Source of the DNA: Ophelia neglecta
Lineage: Eukaryota
Direction: 5' to 3'
Assembly (NCBI GenBank): GCA_965285935.1
Contig: OZ260661.1
Span: 124,000,001-124,064,000 of the forward strand
Length of the DNA stretch: 64,000 nt
This document shows positions 24,201 to 39,200 of the stretch, piece after piece. The first letter of the stretch is position 1. Each line of letters begins with the position of its first letter. The notes under the pieces were generated by a model. The model did no database searches. It saw only the letters and a program-made list of their open reading frames with translations, and was not told the DNA's origin. A program made the translations under genes and the position numbers.

Positions 24201-27200
24201 ACAGTTGATCATATTTCACTGGGAGCTCTCATGTTTTCACCAGACCCCCTAGCTATAAATGAGCCTGTGCTAGGTAACCACAACTAAAGGGGGTCTGGGA
24301 AATTACCAAGGCTATCATATACTGTATCATATACATGTGGAAGAAAGTGTTTCTATGGTAACACCCAAAGCTACTCTCAAGCCTGCTAGCCAGACTACCA
24401 ATAGTACAAGTCAGATAACTATGTGTACAAGGTTGAGAGCTATTTGTAAAAGGTGTTTGTAATGTTTAAGTCTGTAGCCTGGCTAGGGGCAGTCAGAGTT
24501 CAGTCCCCACCTGAGTCTGTAGCCTGGCTAGGGGCAGTCAGAGTTCAGTCTCCACCTGAGTCTGTGGCCTGGCTAGGGGCAGTCAGAGTTCAGTCCCCAC
24601 CTGAGTCTGTAGCCTGGCTAGGGGCAGTCAGAGTTCAGTCTCCACCTGAGTCTGTAGCCTGGCTGGGGGCAGTCAGAGTTCAGTCCCCACCTGAGTCTGT
24701 AGCCTGGCTGGGGGCAGTCAGAGTTCAGTCCCACCTGAGTCTGTAGCCTGGCTAGGGGCAGTCAGAGTTCAGTCCCCACCTGAGTCTGTAGCCTGGCTAG
24801 GGGCAGTCAGAGTTCAGTCCCCACCTGAGTCTGTAGCCTGGCTAGGGGCAGTCAGAGTTCAGTCTCCACCTGAGTCTGTAGCCTGGCTAGGGGCAGTCAG
24901 AGTTCAGTCTCCACCTGAGTCTGTGGCCTGGCTAGGGGCAGTCAGAGTTCAGTCTCCACCTGAGTCTGTAGCCTGGCTAGGGGCAGTCAGAGTTCAGTCC
25001 CCACCTGAGTCTGTAGCCTGGCTAGGGGCAGTCAGAGTTCAGTCCCCACCTGAGTCTGTAGCCTGGCTAGGGGCAGTCAGAGTTCAGTCCCACCTGAGTC
25101 TGTAGCCTGGCTAGGGGCAGTCAGAGTTCAGTCTCCACCTGAGTCTGTAGCCTGGCTAGGGGCAGTCAGAGTTCAGTCTCCACCTGAGTCTGTAGCCTGG
25201 CTAGGGGCAGCCAGAGTTCAGTTCCCACCTGAGTCCGTAGCCTGGCTAGGGGCAGTCAGAGTTCAGTCCCCACCTGAGTCTGTAGCCTGGCTAGGGGCAG
25301 TCAGAGTTCAGTTCCCACCTGAGTCCGTAGCCTGGCTAGGGGCAGTCAGAGTTCAGTCCCCACCTGAGTCTGTAGCCTGGCTAGGGGCAGCCAGAGTTCA
25401 GTTCCCACCTGAGTCCGTAGCCTGGCTAGGGGCAGTCAGAGTTCAGTCCCCACCTGAGTCTGTGGCCTGGCTAGGGGCAGTCAGAGTTCAGTCCCCACCT
25501 GAGTCTGTAGCCTGGCTAGGGGCAGTCAGAGTTCAGTCCCCACCTGAGTCTGTAGCCTGGCTAGGGGCAGTCAGAGTTCAGTCCCACCTGAGTCTGTGGC
25601 CTGGCTAGGGGCAGTCAGAGTTCAGTTCCCACCTGAGTCTGTAGCCTGGCTAGGGGCAGTCAGAGTTCAGTCTCCACCTGAGTCTGTAGCCTGGCTAGGG
25701 GCAGTCAGAGTTCAGTCCCCACCTGAGTCTGTAGCCTGGCTGGGGGCAGTCAAAGTTCAGTCTCCACCTGAGTCTGTGGCCTGGCTAGGGGCAGTCAGAG
25801 TTCAGTTCCCACCTGAGTCTGTAGCCTGGCTAGCGGCAGTCAGAGTTCAGTTCCCACCTGAGTCTGTGGCCTGGCTAGGGGCATTCAGAGTTCAGTTCCC
25901 ACCTGAGTCTGTAGCCTGGCTAGGGGCAGTCAGAGTTCAGTCCCCACCTGAGTCTGTAGCCTGGCTAGGGGCAGTCAGAGTTCAGTCTCCACCTGAGTCT
26001 GTAGCCTGGCTAGGGGCAGTCAGAGTTCAGTCTCCACCTGAGTCTGTGGCCTGGCTAGGGGCAGTCAGAGTTCAGTCTCCACCTGAGTCTGTAGCCTGGC
26101 TAGGGGCAGTCAGAGTTCAGTCCCCACCTGAGTCTGTAGTCTGGCTAGGGGCAGTCAGAGTTCAGTTCCCACCTGAGTCCGTAGCCTGGCTAGGGGCAGT
26201 CAGAGTTCAGTCCCACCTGAGTCTGTAGCCTGGCTAGGGGCAGTCAGAGTTCAGTCCCCACCTGAGTCTGTAGCCTGGCTAGGGGCAGTCAGAGTTCAGT
26301 CCCCACCTGAGTCTGTAGCCTGGCTAGGGGAAGTCAGAGTTCAGTCTCCACCTGAGTCTGTAGCCTGGCTAGGGGCAGTCAGAGTTCAGTCCCCACATGA
26401 GTTTGTAGCCTGGCTAGGGGCAGTCAGAGTTCAGTTCCCACCTGAGTCTGTAGCCTGGCTAGGGGCAGTCAGAGTTCAGTCCCCACCTGAGTCTGTAGCC
26501 TGGCTAGGGGCAGTCAGAGTTCAGTCTCCACCTGAGTCTGTAGCCTGGCTAGGGGCAGTCAGAGTTCAGTCCCCACCTGAGTCTGTAGCCTGGCTAGGGG
26601 CAGTCAGAGTTCAGTCTCCACCTGAGTCTGTGGCCTGGCTAGGGGCAGTCAGAGTTCAGTCTCCACCTGAGTCTGTGGCCTGGCTAGGGGCAGTCAGAGT
26701 TCAGTCTCCACCTGAGTCTGTAGCCTGGCTAGGGGCAGTCAGAGTTCAGTCCCCACCTGAGTCTGTAGCCTGGCTAGGGGCAGTCAGAGTTCAGTCCCCA
26801 CATGAGTTTGTAGCCTGGCTAGGGGCAGTCAGAGTTCAGTCTCCACCTGAGTCTGTAGCCTGGCTAGGGGCAGTCAGAGTTCAGTCTCCACCTGAGTCTG
26901 TAGCCTGGCTAGGGGCTAGGAGTTCAGTTCTCAGCAGACCAGCTCTCCCCACATTCAGATCAGGTTAACTAGATCTGTTCCTCATTTCCACCTGGCCCGG
27001 CTTGGCTATAGTCATTAACAGACTATCTTCTAAGAGAATACATGATACACAAGACACCGGCAATGGCTACTATTCTAGTGATCTGCCCAGCGGGATATTT
27101 GTATTCATGTCAAGGGGGGCCATCAGTGATGATGGAAGTATGAGCAAACCTTGGCCCTGGGACACAGAACCTTGGTCCCCAGGACACTGGTGAAAACAGC

Positions 27201-30200
27201 TCCTACTGTTAAGAGGCACCATATGTGCTGAATTTATATACTACCAGGATGATGAACGGACTTCTGAAGACATATATTTGCTATTTGTTTAGTATATACT
27301 GGTACACACATGTTTATCTGACAGAAACACTTGTACACATGTAAAATAACCATTAAACAGATGAAAAGAGATGACCCGTAGGATATAAATTGAAGCTAAC
27401 TGTGGAATGTGAGGAAAAAAAGTCATATATCCATCAAATCAATGGGGTTTCCCATCATGATAGTGACAAACTGACCAAAGGGTAACTGGTGGCCTGAGGG
27501 AAGGTCGCAGGAGTAGGTCAAAACGGGTGACACTCTAATGAAAACAATTCTTAATAACATGTGCATATTCTGATCAATTGGCCCACATCTTGGAGTCAGT
27601 CCATCATAAAATTAGCATTTAAATTGAAAGGCCAAATTAGTGTATCCATATTAGTCATTAAATATTAAGAAAATATGGACTTTATACAGTACTGAATACA
27701 ACCATCCGTACGGCTTTGAGAGCTCAATTGGAGCTCCTAAGAAGCATTTTTGCTTAGGCCGATATTTCATGGTTTAGACTTCAGAGAGGGTGTTTAAACA
27801 AATTATTAATATTTTAGCATAGCTTGAATTCAGCAGTATACATCTAAACGTAAATAAATTGGCATATATATATATATGGATACACAGCCGGGACATCCAC
27901 AGAACAACCGAGGGACAGAAACCATGGGACAACAAGCATGGAACATGAGCGGGACAACAAACAAGGGACAAACACGTGTCTGTGAGAGTTTAGTAGGGCA
28001 AGTAAGCCAAGGAATTCAAATTTATGGGAGAGGGGGTGGGGGGAGGGAGTAAATATATTCCAATTTGCCAAAAATGAAATTCAAGGCCATACATTAAACA
28101 TATACAGCTCTATAATATAATTTGCCTATGAACTCACTGTGTTTTCTACTTCTGTCTGATTGGACGTAAGAGAGATCTAAAGCAGATGTTACACACTTAG
28201 CACATACGACGACAGACACTGTACTTACGTGTGTGTAGGTGACAATAGAATGAGACTGCCATGTCTAAACAGATAATAAATGGCTTTTTTATCACCTTGT
28301 AAAATAATGATATATATAAAAATAAGATAATGTTATATAAAACAGATAATGTTTATCTACAGAAAAAAAAACTTCTTTTATTTCTATCACCACAAGCTTT
28401 GACACAGCAAGATGAACAATAAGCAGTTACACCCCAAGCCAGGAGAAATGGACGCCCAAACCACAGCTACCGTGGTGCCGCCCCCTTCTGCTAGCAGGCT
28501 ATGGACATGGCCAGGACTGCAGCACATCTCCTCTCCTCTGGGACCTGGCCATTGTCCACAGCTCACACCCAGCAAGAGGCAGTCGCACCCCTTTATTTCA
28601 TACTTTCACCCTATTCTTATAAATCATACAGACTGCCGAGGATTCTGACACATACAAAATGAAAAAGGAATAAATAATACAAAAAGTCTGTCAAGATTGA
28701 CGTGCCACCATTCTACACACATGTATGAGCACTAAATTTAAATGGCAACAGAAAACTGCAATGCTCCGAGTGCATATAGACATCAATTTACAATTATATA
28801 TGCTCAGTATATTGTGTTTGCTGCAAGGCCTCACCGTGTTAAATTGGATCACTGTAAATGTCAATTATTCCTAGAGCTATTTAAAGTTTTACATAGCACA
28901 TGATGAATGTGGATTTACCATGTGTCTGTGGGCAGGCTGAACTAGGGCTGGGCAAGGGGGGGGGGGGGGGGGGAAGATCCACCATTACCCACCAGTTTCT
29001 ACAGATAGCTATCTCCCATTGTTTAGCCCACAGACCCCACCCTCTCTCCTACTATTATCTGAAAAGCCATTCCCTTCCCAACTTCTCCAGGTTTAGGTGC
29101 TGGGTTTTATTTAAATGAGTATATTTAAGACCAAGAATTGAGCATCAAAAGTTTATTAACTTGAAAGGGGCAACAGGAGATTTTGAGAATTGAGAATGTA
29201 TTTAAAAAGCAGAAATACAATAGAGAAGTATGATTGAAGTGGTTCTAGAACCTTCCCTTTATTAAAGCCGCCTCCTCTGTACTCTGGTTATTTAAACCTT
29301 AGACTCTGGGCCGTATTGAGACATATACCAGATGGCATGATCCTCTCAACAGACTAACACATCACACAGACTCAGAGTTACTCCCTCTACCAGCCCCCCT
29401 TAGCCACTATCTAACAGCCTCTGTCGGTTTTATAACTCTGTGTCTGTTTTATAACTCTACTCCTCAACAACTTGGTGTTCTCTCCAAGTTTGAAATAAGT
29501 AGAATCTATAAAAGAGCTGGCTCCCATGTAAGTAAAAGAACAAGTATGTAATGTACATGTATGTCGGGCATGTACATGTATGTTAAAGGGCATTGGCATA
29601 AAGCGCACACAGAGGTCAACATATTTATAAAGACAAAGGTGCTCTGATGTAAAGCAATTTAAGGTAAAAGCGTATGGAAATAAAAAAAGGTAGTGTAGTA
29701 GTTAGTAATAACACATAGAGTTGGACCCTTTCTGTAATGAAAGGTGAAATGATAAGTACAGACAAACCTTTTCTGCATTACCGGGGTATAAGGTATAATT
29801 TAATACATGTAACATCTCCTCTTTTGTATCAAATGCAAAATGACATATCATCTTGTATCTTTTCCTGTTTTGATAGAACACAGAGGGTCGACGACTTCTT
29901 CAGGCAAACAGTTTGCTACTCAAGTACTCAGAAAACTCAACATGTTAACTGTTTTAACTCAGTACTGTAATAAGCAATAGGCAAGCAAGAGATAGTACAT
30001 ATTGCTAACTATTACACAGGCATATTTCCCATCTTGAAGCCTGATTGCAATTTAAGAAACTGGTAAAAATAAAAGAATACGGCCACTTTCAGCCAGAATG
30101 GGGATATTATATAGATATTTTTTTCTCCCACCTGTTAAATTAATGAAAACAAATACTCAGGGATGTATATTGTATAAAAGGGCTTGAGAATGTTTTGTTT

Positions 30201-33200
30201 TGGTCTGATACCTACATGGATTCGTTTGGCATACTTTTGCTGCCATTTCACTGCTGTAGCCCTCTTTATGCTACATACTATTGTCATATGCAGTGCTGCC
30301 ACACTGGAAGCTGACCCAGTCCTTGTGATGTCATCTCCGACAAGCCCTATTACTTATGACGGCAACTCATGGGAATAATGTTATCTACCAGAGCACCAGA
30401 TGACCAGACTGGTGAGCTGCAGTTGTACAAATTATTAAAGTTAGTAAATGAGCCAGACACCTCCCTCCCTCCTGTAATTATCATGTGGAATGTTCTTTTA
30501 GTTCATGGGGTACACAACACTTCCTTTTTTTGACAGACTAATCATCCTTGTAATTTCGGAAACAAATTCAATATCTCAGACAGATTTGTAATAAATATGT
30601 TTATTTCCTGATGGATTAAAAACCTTTGATGATAGTTGATTTTATGCTTGTCCTTGTTGATTTATCCTGGTGAGTTTACACTGTACTCCTGGTTCTTGTT
30701 GACCTAGATATCTGCTGTTGACCCAGAACTGAGTTGGCTGTTAAAATTAGTCCACATCTATTTACATACATAAGTTGTGTAGCAGCCTTCCCTTGACTGG
30801 CGTTAGGGGGCTCTATTGTTTAAATGACTATATGACCTATACCAGTACTGACAACATTATCACGCAGCATATTACCTAGACCTGACAAACATTCTGCTCT
30901 GATGAGTGGTTTACAACTCAATGAGCTGAAGATGGAGGCACAGTGAGGGGGATACATGTATGAGTGGTATACTACTCAATGAGCTGAAGATGGAGGCACA
31001 GTGAGGGGTGATACATGTACCAATGGTATACTACTCCATCAGCTGAAGATTGAGGCACAGTGAGGGGTGATACATGTAAGAGTGGTATACAACTCAATGA
31101 GCTGAAGATGGAGGCACAGTGAGGGGTGATATATGTATGAGTGGTATACAACTCAATGAGCTGAAGATGGAGGCACAGTGAGGGGTGATACATGTACCAA
31201 TGGTATACTACTCCATCAGCTGAAGATTGAGGCACAGTGAGGGGTGATACATGTAAGAGTGGTATACTACTCAATGAGCTGAAGATGGAGGCACAGTGAG
31301 GGGTGATATATGTATGAGTGGTATACTACTACTCAATCACCTGAAGATGGAGACACAGTGAGGGGTGATACATGTACGAGTGGTATACTACTCCATCAGC
31401 TAAAGATGGAGGCACAGTGAGGGGTGATACATGTACGAGTGGTATACTACTCAATGAGCTGAAGATGGAGGCACAGTGAGGGGTGATATATGTATGAGTG
31501 GTATACAACTCAATGAGCTGAAGATGGAGGCACAGTGAGGGGTGATACATGTACAGTGAGGGGTGATACATGTATGAGTGGTATACTACTCAATGAGCTG
31601 AAGATGGAGGCACAGTGGGGGTGATACATGTACAGTGAGGGGTGATACATGTACGAGTGGTATACTACTCAATGAGCTGAAGATGGAGGAACAGTGATGG
31701 GTGATACATGTACAAGTGGTATACTACTCCATCAGCTAAAGATGGAGGCACAGTGAGGGGTGATACATGTACAGTGAGGGGTGATACATGTACGAGTGGT
31801 ATACTACTCAATGAGCTGAAGATGGAGGAACAGTGATGGGTGATACATGTACAAGTGGTATACTACTCCATCAGCTAAAGATGGAGGCACAGTGAGGGGT
31901 GATACATGTACGAGTGGTATACTACTCAATGAGCTGAAGATGGAGGCACAGTGAGGGGTGATACATGTACGCTGTCTTGTGAAGGGTGTAAACAGAACAC
32001 CTGCCAGTGGTCTTAAAACAGCAGCTGGCAGACCTAGGACACCTCAGGATTAATAAACAAGACAATACTAGTGTTAAACTCACCAAACCTCCTGTTACAG
32101 GTCAATCAAAGAGCACAAAGACACCTCTCAGAGGACACAAAAGCTTAATACTTGCACATTTCACCCTGTTTACTGTACAAAGGCAGTAAGTTATTCTGAC
32201 ACTTAACATCCTAGGTTTACTAGCGTTGTCCCCAGGGAACCTCACAGAGTGAGACAGCTGTCAGAGCCATTTTAATAAAGAAAATGGTTTCTTGGGGATG
32301 CAAGACATCCTTGAGAAAAACATATACATGTATAAAGAATAAGAAATGTGCCTAGAAAGAATACATTGCTTGATATCTCAAGATGCGATTCTACAGCAGG
32401 AACAGTTCTTTCATCCTCTAGTTTTGTCTTTTATCACCAAAGGCCAGGAAATGTTTCATATAACTATATTCTCAATGCAATCAATAACGAATTCCGAGGA
32501 CACTGACACCTACATTGTATTGACCTTTGTTTTAAAGTCAGATTCTGAAGTTTTACACCCTGAAGGCGACAGAGGCATGGCATACAATATACCATGTTAC
32601 AAAACTTGTATAACAAAGATTTCCTGGCTAACAAAACATTCAGGGAAGAGAGAGTCTAGACCAAATAGATTGATTGCTCTTGAACAAACTTTATCTATCG
32701 ATATCACATATGAACTTTTTTGAAACTGAGCTAAAAACAATAGCAAGATTTATATTGGTGTTATGGAACATTGGGAAGGTGAAGGTGAGTTGGACCCTTT
32801 CTGTAATGAAAGCTGAAATGATATGTATTGACAAACCTTTTCTGCATTATAAGGTTTAATTTAATACATGTAACATCACCTCTTTGTATTTAATGCAAAA
32901 TGGCATATCACATTGTATCTTTTGAACCACAGCTGGCTTGAAGCAAAGTGTTTTTGCCAACTGGGAGTTCCAGGCCTTGATATTCAGTGTAAATAAACCA
33001 GCAGTCACTGAAGGTCATTAACATGACGAGCAGAGTGAGTATACCACCATCATAACATTTAGAAGGCAGGATAAAGACCAGCCATGACACTGTTCCAGGA
33101 GGCTGGGTCCATCCACACTCCTCTGTGAAACATTGAGTCATCTGATACAGGACAAAACTCCTGCAGGAGTTCTATACTCCAGATCATGAGATGAAGATTC

Positions 33201-36200
33201 ATACACAGACAGCTAAATCACACAGTGTCTTCCTGTATTGGGCTTTCTATGTCCTGCAGTCAAAGCCTTTCTAAGTCCTGTAGTCACAGCCTTTCTAAGT
33301 CCTGCAGTCACTGACTTTCCTTGTCCTGCAGTCAGAGCCGTTCTATGTCATTAATTAAAACCCTATTACCTGGCTAGAAACATTTGTAACCTAAATTTTG
33401 ACCAAATAGATTTTAATGTCATTTCCAAAGGAAAATGCAAAACATCATCCTAGTTACAGGATTCTATGTCATTAGACCTGATGAAGGACAAACTGCAAGA
33501 TCTACTCTGTCCAATTGTCTGGCCGCATGCTCATTGACCTTTTGAAAAGTTATAGCAAATGCATTCAGAAGTGCTATCCTTCTCAAATCTGGATATATAA
33601 CAAATCTGTCCATTAAAGTCAATTAATCCAAACTATGCTGTCAGTTTCTTGATGGTCAGTAAGTCTCTTGTTGGGCTTACCAAACTTTGTCAAAAGGCCA
33701 TTGGTTTGTTTAAATCAATAAAATCCAAATAAGGAGTGATGGTATTTTGACAAAACTACTACTACATGCTTCCAATTTAGATGGTTGACAAAGCAAACTT
33801 ATCTTTAAGACATGTGTCACTTCTTGCTGGACAGCAATTACAAAGACAATGATCTCCAATTCTGGTTGGGTTGCAAGCCAAATACAAAGACAAAACGCCA
33901 CCTAGTGGCATCAATTCAGAATGCAAAGCAAATGTTTAAACCAAGTCATTGCCGGCAACAGATGCCGATTGAGGATTTAGTACAAAAAAGCTTATCGCCA
34001 CCAGAGACGGGTTGTCTGCAGCTCAACTGTCATGTAGGCCAGGAGTGTGAAGACAGACACATTAATCTGTCTGTCTATCACCCTCTCTCCCATCAGGCAC
34101 TGCATCCTCGCTTAACATTCAAGGCAGCAATACAGTCTTTAACTAAATGTGTTGTCTCTGGCCATGCTCACTTCCTGTCACCAATCAATAAGGCTGTTGC
34201 ACATACTGCAATATTTTTCATCTACAACAAGTGAATGGTAGAAAGCAATTTGGGCAAAACCCTCTGAAAACCTAATATCCCAATCGCAAGTTTGCAGCCA
34301 GTCAAAGAATTACCAAAGAATACATTCCTACTGCCAAGTACAATTAGAGCTCCCAGCTTGCAAGGAGAAGAAGACATATGAAAAGCATATCAAATTCATT
34401 CCACATATGGGCTGACAATGACAAAATCCATTAATACCTAGGAAGCTCCGTCTGTCAGACATGTGCACCATGTTTACTGGCATCTGCACAAAGCCTGTCT
34501 GCCGCCATCGTCATGTCAAACCAGCAGGGACAGGCAAATCACTTCCGGAGCTCTCATCAAGAATAATCAAAATATACCTACAGAAAGTTCTACCTGGCAT
34601 GTTGTCTTAACAGTTATAAAAGACCTGGCATTACTGTGTGTACATATCAATAGATTTCTAAGTGATGTTTCTGGATTGTCCCCTCCCCCCTCTCCCCCCT
34701 CTTCCCCCTGATCAGCCTGTGTGTCTGAGCAAGAAACTAGGTCATAGATTTAAGTACCTAGAGAGCAATTGATCATACCAAACTCTGACATTAATATAGC
34801 ATTTGTAGAAGGATGTGTGATCTGGAACACTTATCCTGGGAATTATAATCATCTTACTCAATGGATAATTCATGGATTGAGCATCGCTATAGTGCTCAAA
34901 CAGCCTCAGGCAGTAATAGTGACCTCAATGTGAGAAACTCATGAAATATATGGCTGGTTTCCTATCGAATCCTGCAATAAAAGATCCCATCTACTGATGA
35001 AACAACTAGTTTACCATTCCAACCCTGCAGGCTATTGTCAGCTAGGACTATCTATATGTTTTGGCATAGAGTGTGATGCCAGTGGGTGTGATGCCACCTC
35101 CTAAGTCCTGCAGCAGGAACATATTACATCTGGACAAGTGCACACTCTTTTACGGCAGCTTCAAAGGAAGATAAGGGCTGGCAAGTCTGTGGAGGGGAAA
35201 TCAATGTTTCCGTACTTGTTAACAACCTCACATGTACTGATTTACCCAATGTTCTACTACTACAGGGCATTTACCTAATATAACCATCTTGAAACAGACA
35301 GTGATGGATTAATGAAGGGGGCAGGAAGGGGGAGAGAGAGTGGGAGGTAGAGGAGGGGTGAGAGGGTAATGTTTAGGGGTGTAGTAGAGAACAGGGGATA
35401 GAAGGAGAGATCAGAAGCTGGTGAGAGGGGGTAAGGGGGTTGGGGCTGAGAAGGCAAGATGGGGTGTGACATGTGTGAGAGGAGTTCAAGTGTATATAAT
35501 TAATTTAAGATTTAATTGTTTATATGTGTCCCCATTCTTTAAGAGCTGCATTACAATCTTCAGAATGTGCAAAAATACCCCTTGTGGTTGGGGAGCCCTT
35601 TCAGACCCCGGCACATTATTCACAGATCTGGCTCTGCCCCTACAAACACTACAGGCCCAATTGGTGAACAAAATCTCACGCACACATTGATTTTTTGTCA
35701 AGGAGTAGAACTGCTTGGTCAGTTCTGTCGAGTTGGTTTGATATGGGTGAAGAGATACGGAAACCTTGTCAGACATCAAGGTATCACGCCTGTCTGATGT
35801 CCTAATGGGGCAAAGAATTCACCAGAATAAATAATCAATACCCAACCAATAGAATCATGTAACAAAATTTCAGTTGAACTGACTTCCATATGTGATAAAA
35901 AAGTGGAGGAAATAACAAAAAAGTTTATTTGCAGTATCAACAAGGCTTCCATGTGAGGATCCCAAACCAGCTGAGGTGGTCTGAGGCTTTAATGGGTTGT
36001 CACATAATTTCACATTTAATTAAAGAAAGTGGAACTCCTACTGAATTAGAAATGTAGGCATGACTTTGCAGAGGTCATCAAAGCAGTTGATAGGGCTGGA
36101 GATCTGTGTGATCAATTTCACTCCAAAAACATGCCACAGTTTTTGAATATGCACATGTAAAAAATGGTACATGGTATCTACTTCTCTGAAACATCGCCTG

Positions 36201-39200
36201 CCACATCACTAGTAAGATAATTCCAGTTGGTTTTTCTAATTCTATCTTTTCCACTAAGCATTTCCTTAAATAATGTTCTGTGCTTAAAATACTTTCAAAT
36301 GTTCTTTCTGCACTGAAAGTCATTTGTTTAGTGTTTTGTTTTAAGAGGCAAACAATGACAGTTCCATTCTAACTCATTGAGAAATGGCAGCCTGAATTAG
36401 CCGAGTTACGACTGTAACGAGAAGAAAGGGGGGCTGCCTACATTGTATACGAGATCTACAGCCTCATGTGGTGTAGCTATCTGTAGACAATCTCCCTAAT
36501 GAACCAGTTTCTATATCTCATATTCTCCATTAACTGATGGATGGAAGACTATAGATAAATAGGTCAATAACAAGAAATAAGAGGGCATGGTTATCAATGG
36601 GATAGCATGCAGGAAGAGGATCTTAAAGGGGCTTATCAGCATGTAGATTATTGGCAGAAAGGAAACATCCTGAGCAAATAACAAGAGAAAAGCTCATAAC
36701 TTGGCATTGCAATTCTGGCTCCCAACAGTAAGGTCAATAGTGGATGAAGAGCTATGACGAGAATGTTGATGATGAATGCCTAAAGATTACAAAGGATTTG
36801 TGAGCACCCGCCTGTAAAGAAGCTGAAGCACATTGAACATGAAGGATAAAGGCAGGCATCTAAGCATGAAATTGTGAATACCCACAGTATGCCGTCCCAT
36901 GATGGATCATTTCTGGGAGAAAACATTCTGACATGGGATTACACTTTCCAGTAAAAAATCTGAATTATTTTAGCAATAAAATACCAAGCTGAAACTTTAA
37001 AGACATTTTATTACCTTCAATTCCTTTTATAGCGGGATTATTTGCACAAATAAACTAAGACTGTACTTTTATTAGAGTTCTTTTAGTTTTTATCAAATAT
37101 TTTATATAATGTCATTTATTGATAGATCAGCAACAGACCTGCCTAAGGACTATGTTTGGTTGCTCAGAGGAGCAGGGCCAGGGGAATTGAGCCTGTAGAG
37201 AGGTATCAAATGGATGGAGGAAGTGGCGTCCACAGCTTGATCTGTCTTGATTAGACACTTTCTAGACATCAGAGTGCCAGCTAACCAGATCACACTACTC
37301 CATATAATACCATCATACACTACATTGATTTAGTAAACCCATTTTCAGGCTGAATGACTGGGGCTGGGGCTTCATTTCATCACTGTTTGCCCACTTAGAT
37401 TGCTCAGATGGCTGTGATATGTTACAAACATTAAAATGGCAGATTCCACATCAAGCACTTTTCAAAGTCTTGTGGGTGGAATTGATGAGGAAATCCTTGT
37501 AATCTTCAGTTAGGACAGTTCTTGTCAAAGTAAATGAACTTTGATGTTTTGTTAATGCTCTTTCTGCACACTTTTATTTATTTTCCTGCATTTATTACAT
37601 TTTCACATTGACTCCAATCACATTGATGGAGTCAGTTTTTTTGCTCTACTGGGTTAGCCTAAACTTTTTCTGAGAATCAACATGATCAACTGTTTGAATC
37701 CTTTCACTGATATAAAAAGTATTTTGTCTAGTTGCTCAACTGTAAATATATAAATTCTTGTGACAGAACAGATACATGTAATGGATAAAGGGAGTGGCAT
37801 TACTATCATAAAGCTATTTTTAAAATTCTACTTATAATCTTACACAAATTACATGCCCATACACATTTTTCTTCTATTCGAACTTGATCTGTGTCAATAA
37901 ATAACATATCATCACCTGTCATGGCACTCCCTTCTACTACTACTACCACTGTGTTTGTTTAATGCGTCAGGAGATGAGGAGAGTGCTGTGGTGAATAAAT
38001 CTGTAAATAACCAGCTCTGTTGAGAGTCTGGTGGTATGAATGACCAAGGCTGTACAGTTTTCAGCCATCTCCCATGCTCCCCTTTCCTGTTCAGGCAACC
38101 TACAGTTGCTACTGTTACTACTTGAGGAGTGTTCCGCCTGCTAAGGACACATGCTATTGGTGGTCTGCTGTGGTTGGTGTAGTGAGCTCAGATTTCCTAG
38201 AACTCTGAGATGACACTTGTGAGGACTGAGAGGTCAGGAGGTTATCTGGACTGGTACATTATACCAGTACAATACACCCAGGCTGAGAGCCATAAAGCAT
38301 GCCAGAGCTGGTAGCCTGACCAGTACTGTAGGATGGCTGCCTCTCATGGCTGGCCAATCCTGGCAGTCTATACATGATTGTTGATTGTTATCTTTCATCT
38401 TCAGCCATCAGCTGTGAGGATGTTGGACTGGTAACCTGGTACAGGGCACTGATACACCCCCCCCCCCCCTCCCAGGCTTGGAGGTATGGGCTAACTCCAT
38501 GGTGAGAGAGGTTAGGGAGGAAGTGGGATTGATACTGGCAGGGGCTGGACTTGGTGAAATGAGAAATCATTAGAAGACGGGGATTGGATGGAGATGGTTG
38601 AGAACCAATTCATGATGTACTAGGTTAAACAATCACATGCTCAGGGGAAGGGCACCAAAACACAAGCAGTGCGGACCACCCCTTCTCTCCCCCCCCCCCC
38701 TCCCCCCCTGAGGACCCCACAACCCATTTTCCCACAGGACACATGTCTGGTAGAAACTCTTATCACTTTAACTTACAATATTTCCACAGGCGTCTGAGAA
38801 TTTTATGAGCCGATTAAGTCAGATAGCCGGCAACATATGTATACAATGATGTATGGCATCCAAATATTAATCATCTTCAGAGAGGCTGGCCAATACATCA
38901 TCTCTGTCGTGTGGATGCTTTCAGATCTAGATCTGGCCATGTTCACAGTGGCTTAGCTTGGCATCTCCAGTCAAAACCTACATTAATCTCACCTTCGCTG
39001 ATTACAAACCCCAGTATTTCTCTATTTGTCTTGTTGCAAGAAATTTATGAATCTAATAAATTCAGTAATCAACCTGAAAAAAGCCTGCGGGACAAGCTTA
39101 GAGACTATAATTCCTCGGATTTTAGAATAGAATACCTCCCACGCGCCTCAAGGAGCTACAGATTCTCAATAACAGCAGGATAGGCGTAGATTTAGACCAC

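Noticed and set aside
24240-24298. 11-bp inverted repeat ccagaccccct...agggggtctgg
   Set aside because: Possibly a decayed MITE, but no TSD or second copy was seen.
24453-26968. ORFs of repeated VAWLGAVRVQSPPES
   Set aside because: 45-bp tandem repeat with frameshifting 44-bp variants; artefact.
5829-31970. Arrays superficially resembling CRISPR
   Set aside because: No unique spacers, no cas genes, eukaryotic intron context.
37609-37642. Hairpin followed by a T run, resembling an intrinsic terminator
   Set aside because: Eukaryotic intron; short bulged stem compatible with chance.
38911-39183. 90-aa ORF with protein-like composition
   Set aside because: No recognisable domain or partner exons; would need BLASTx or RNA-seq support.
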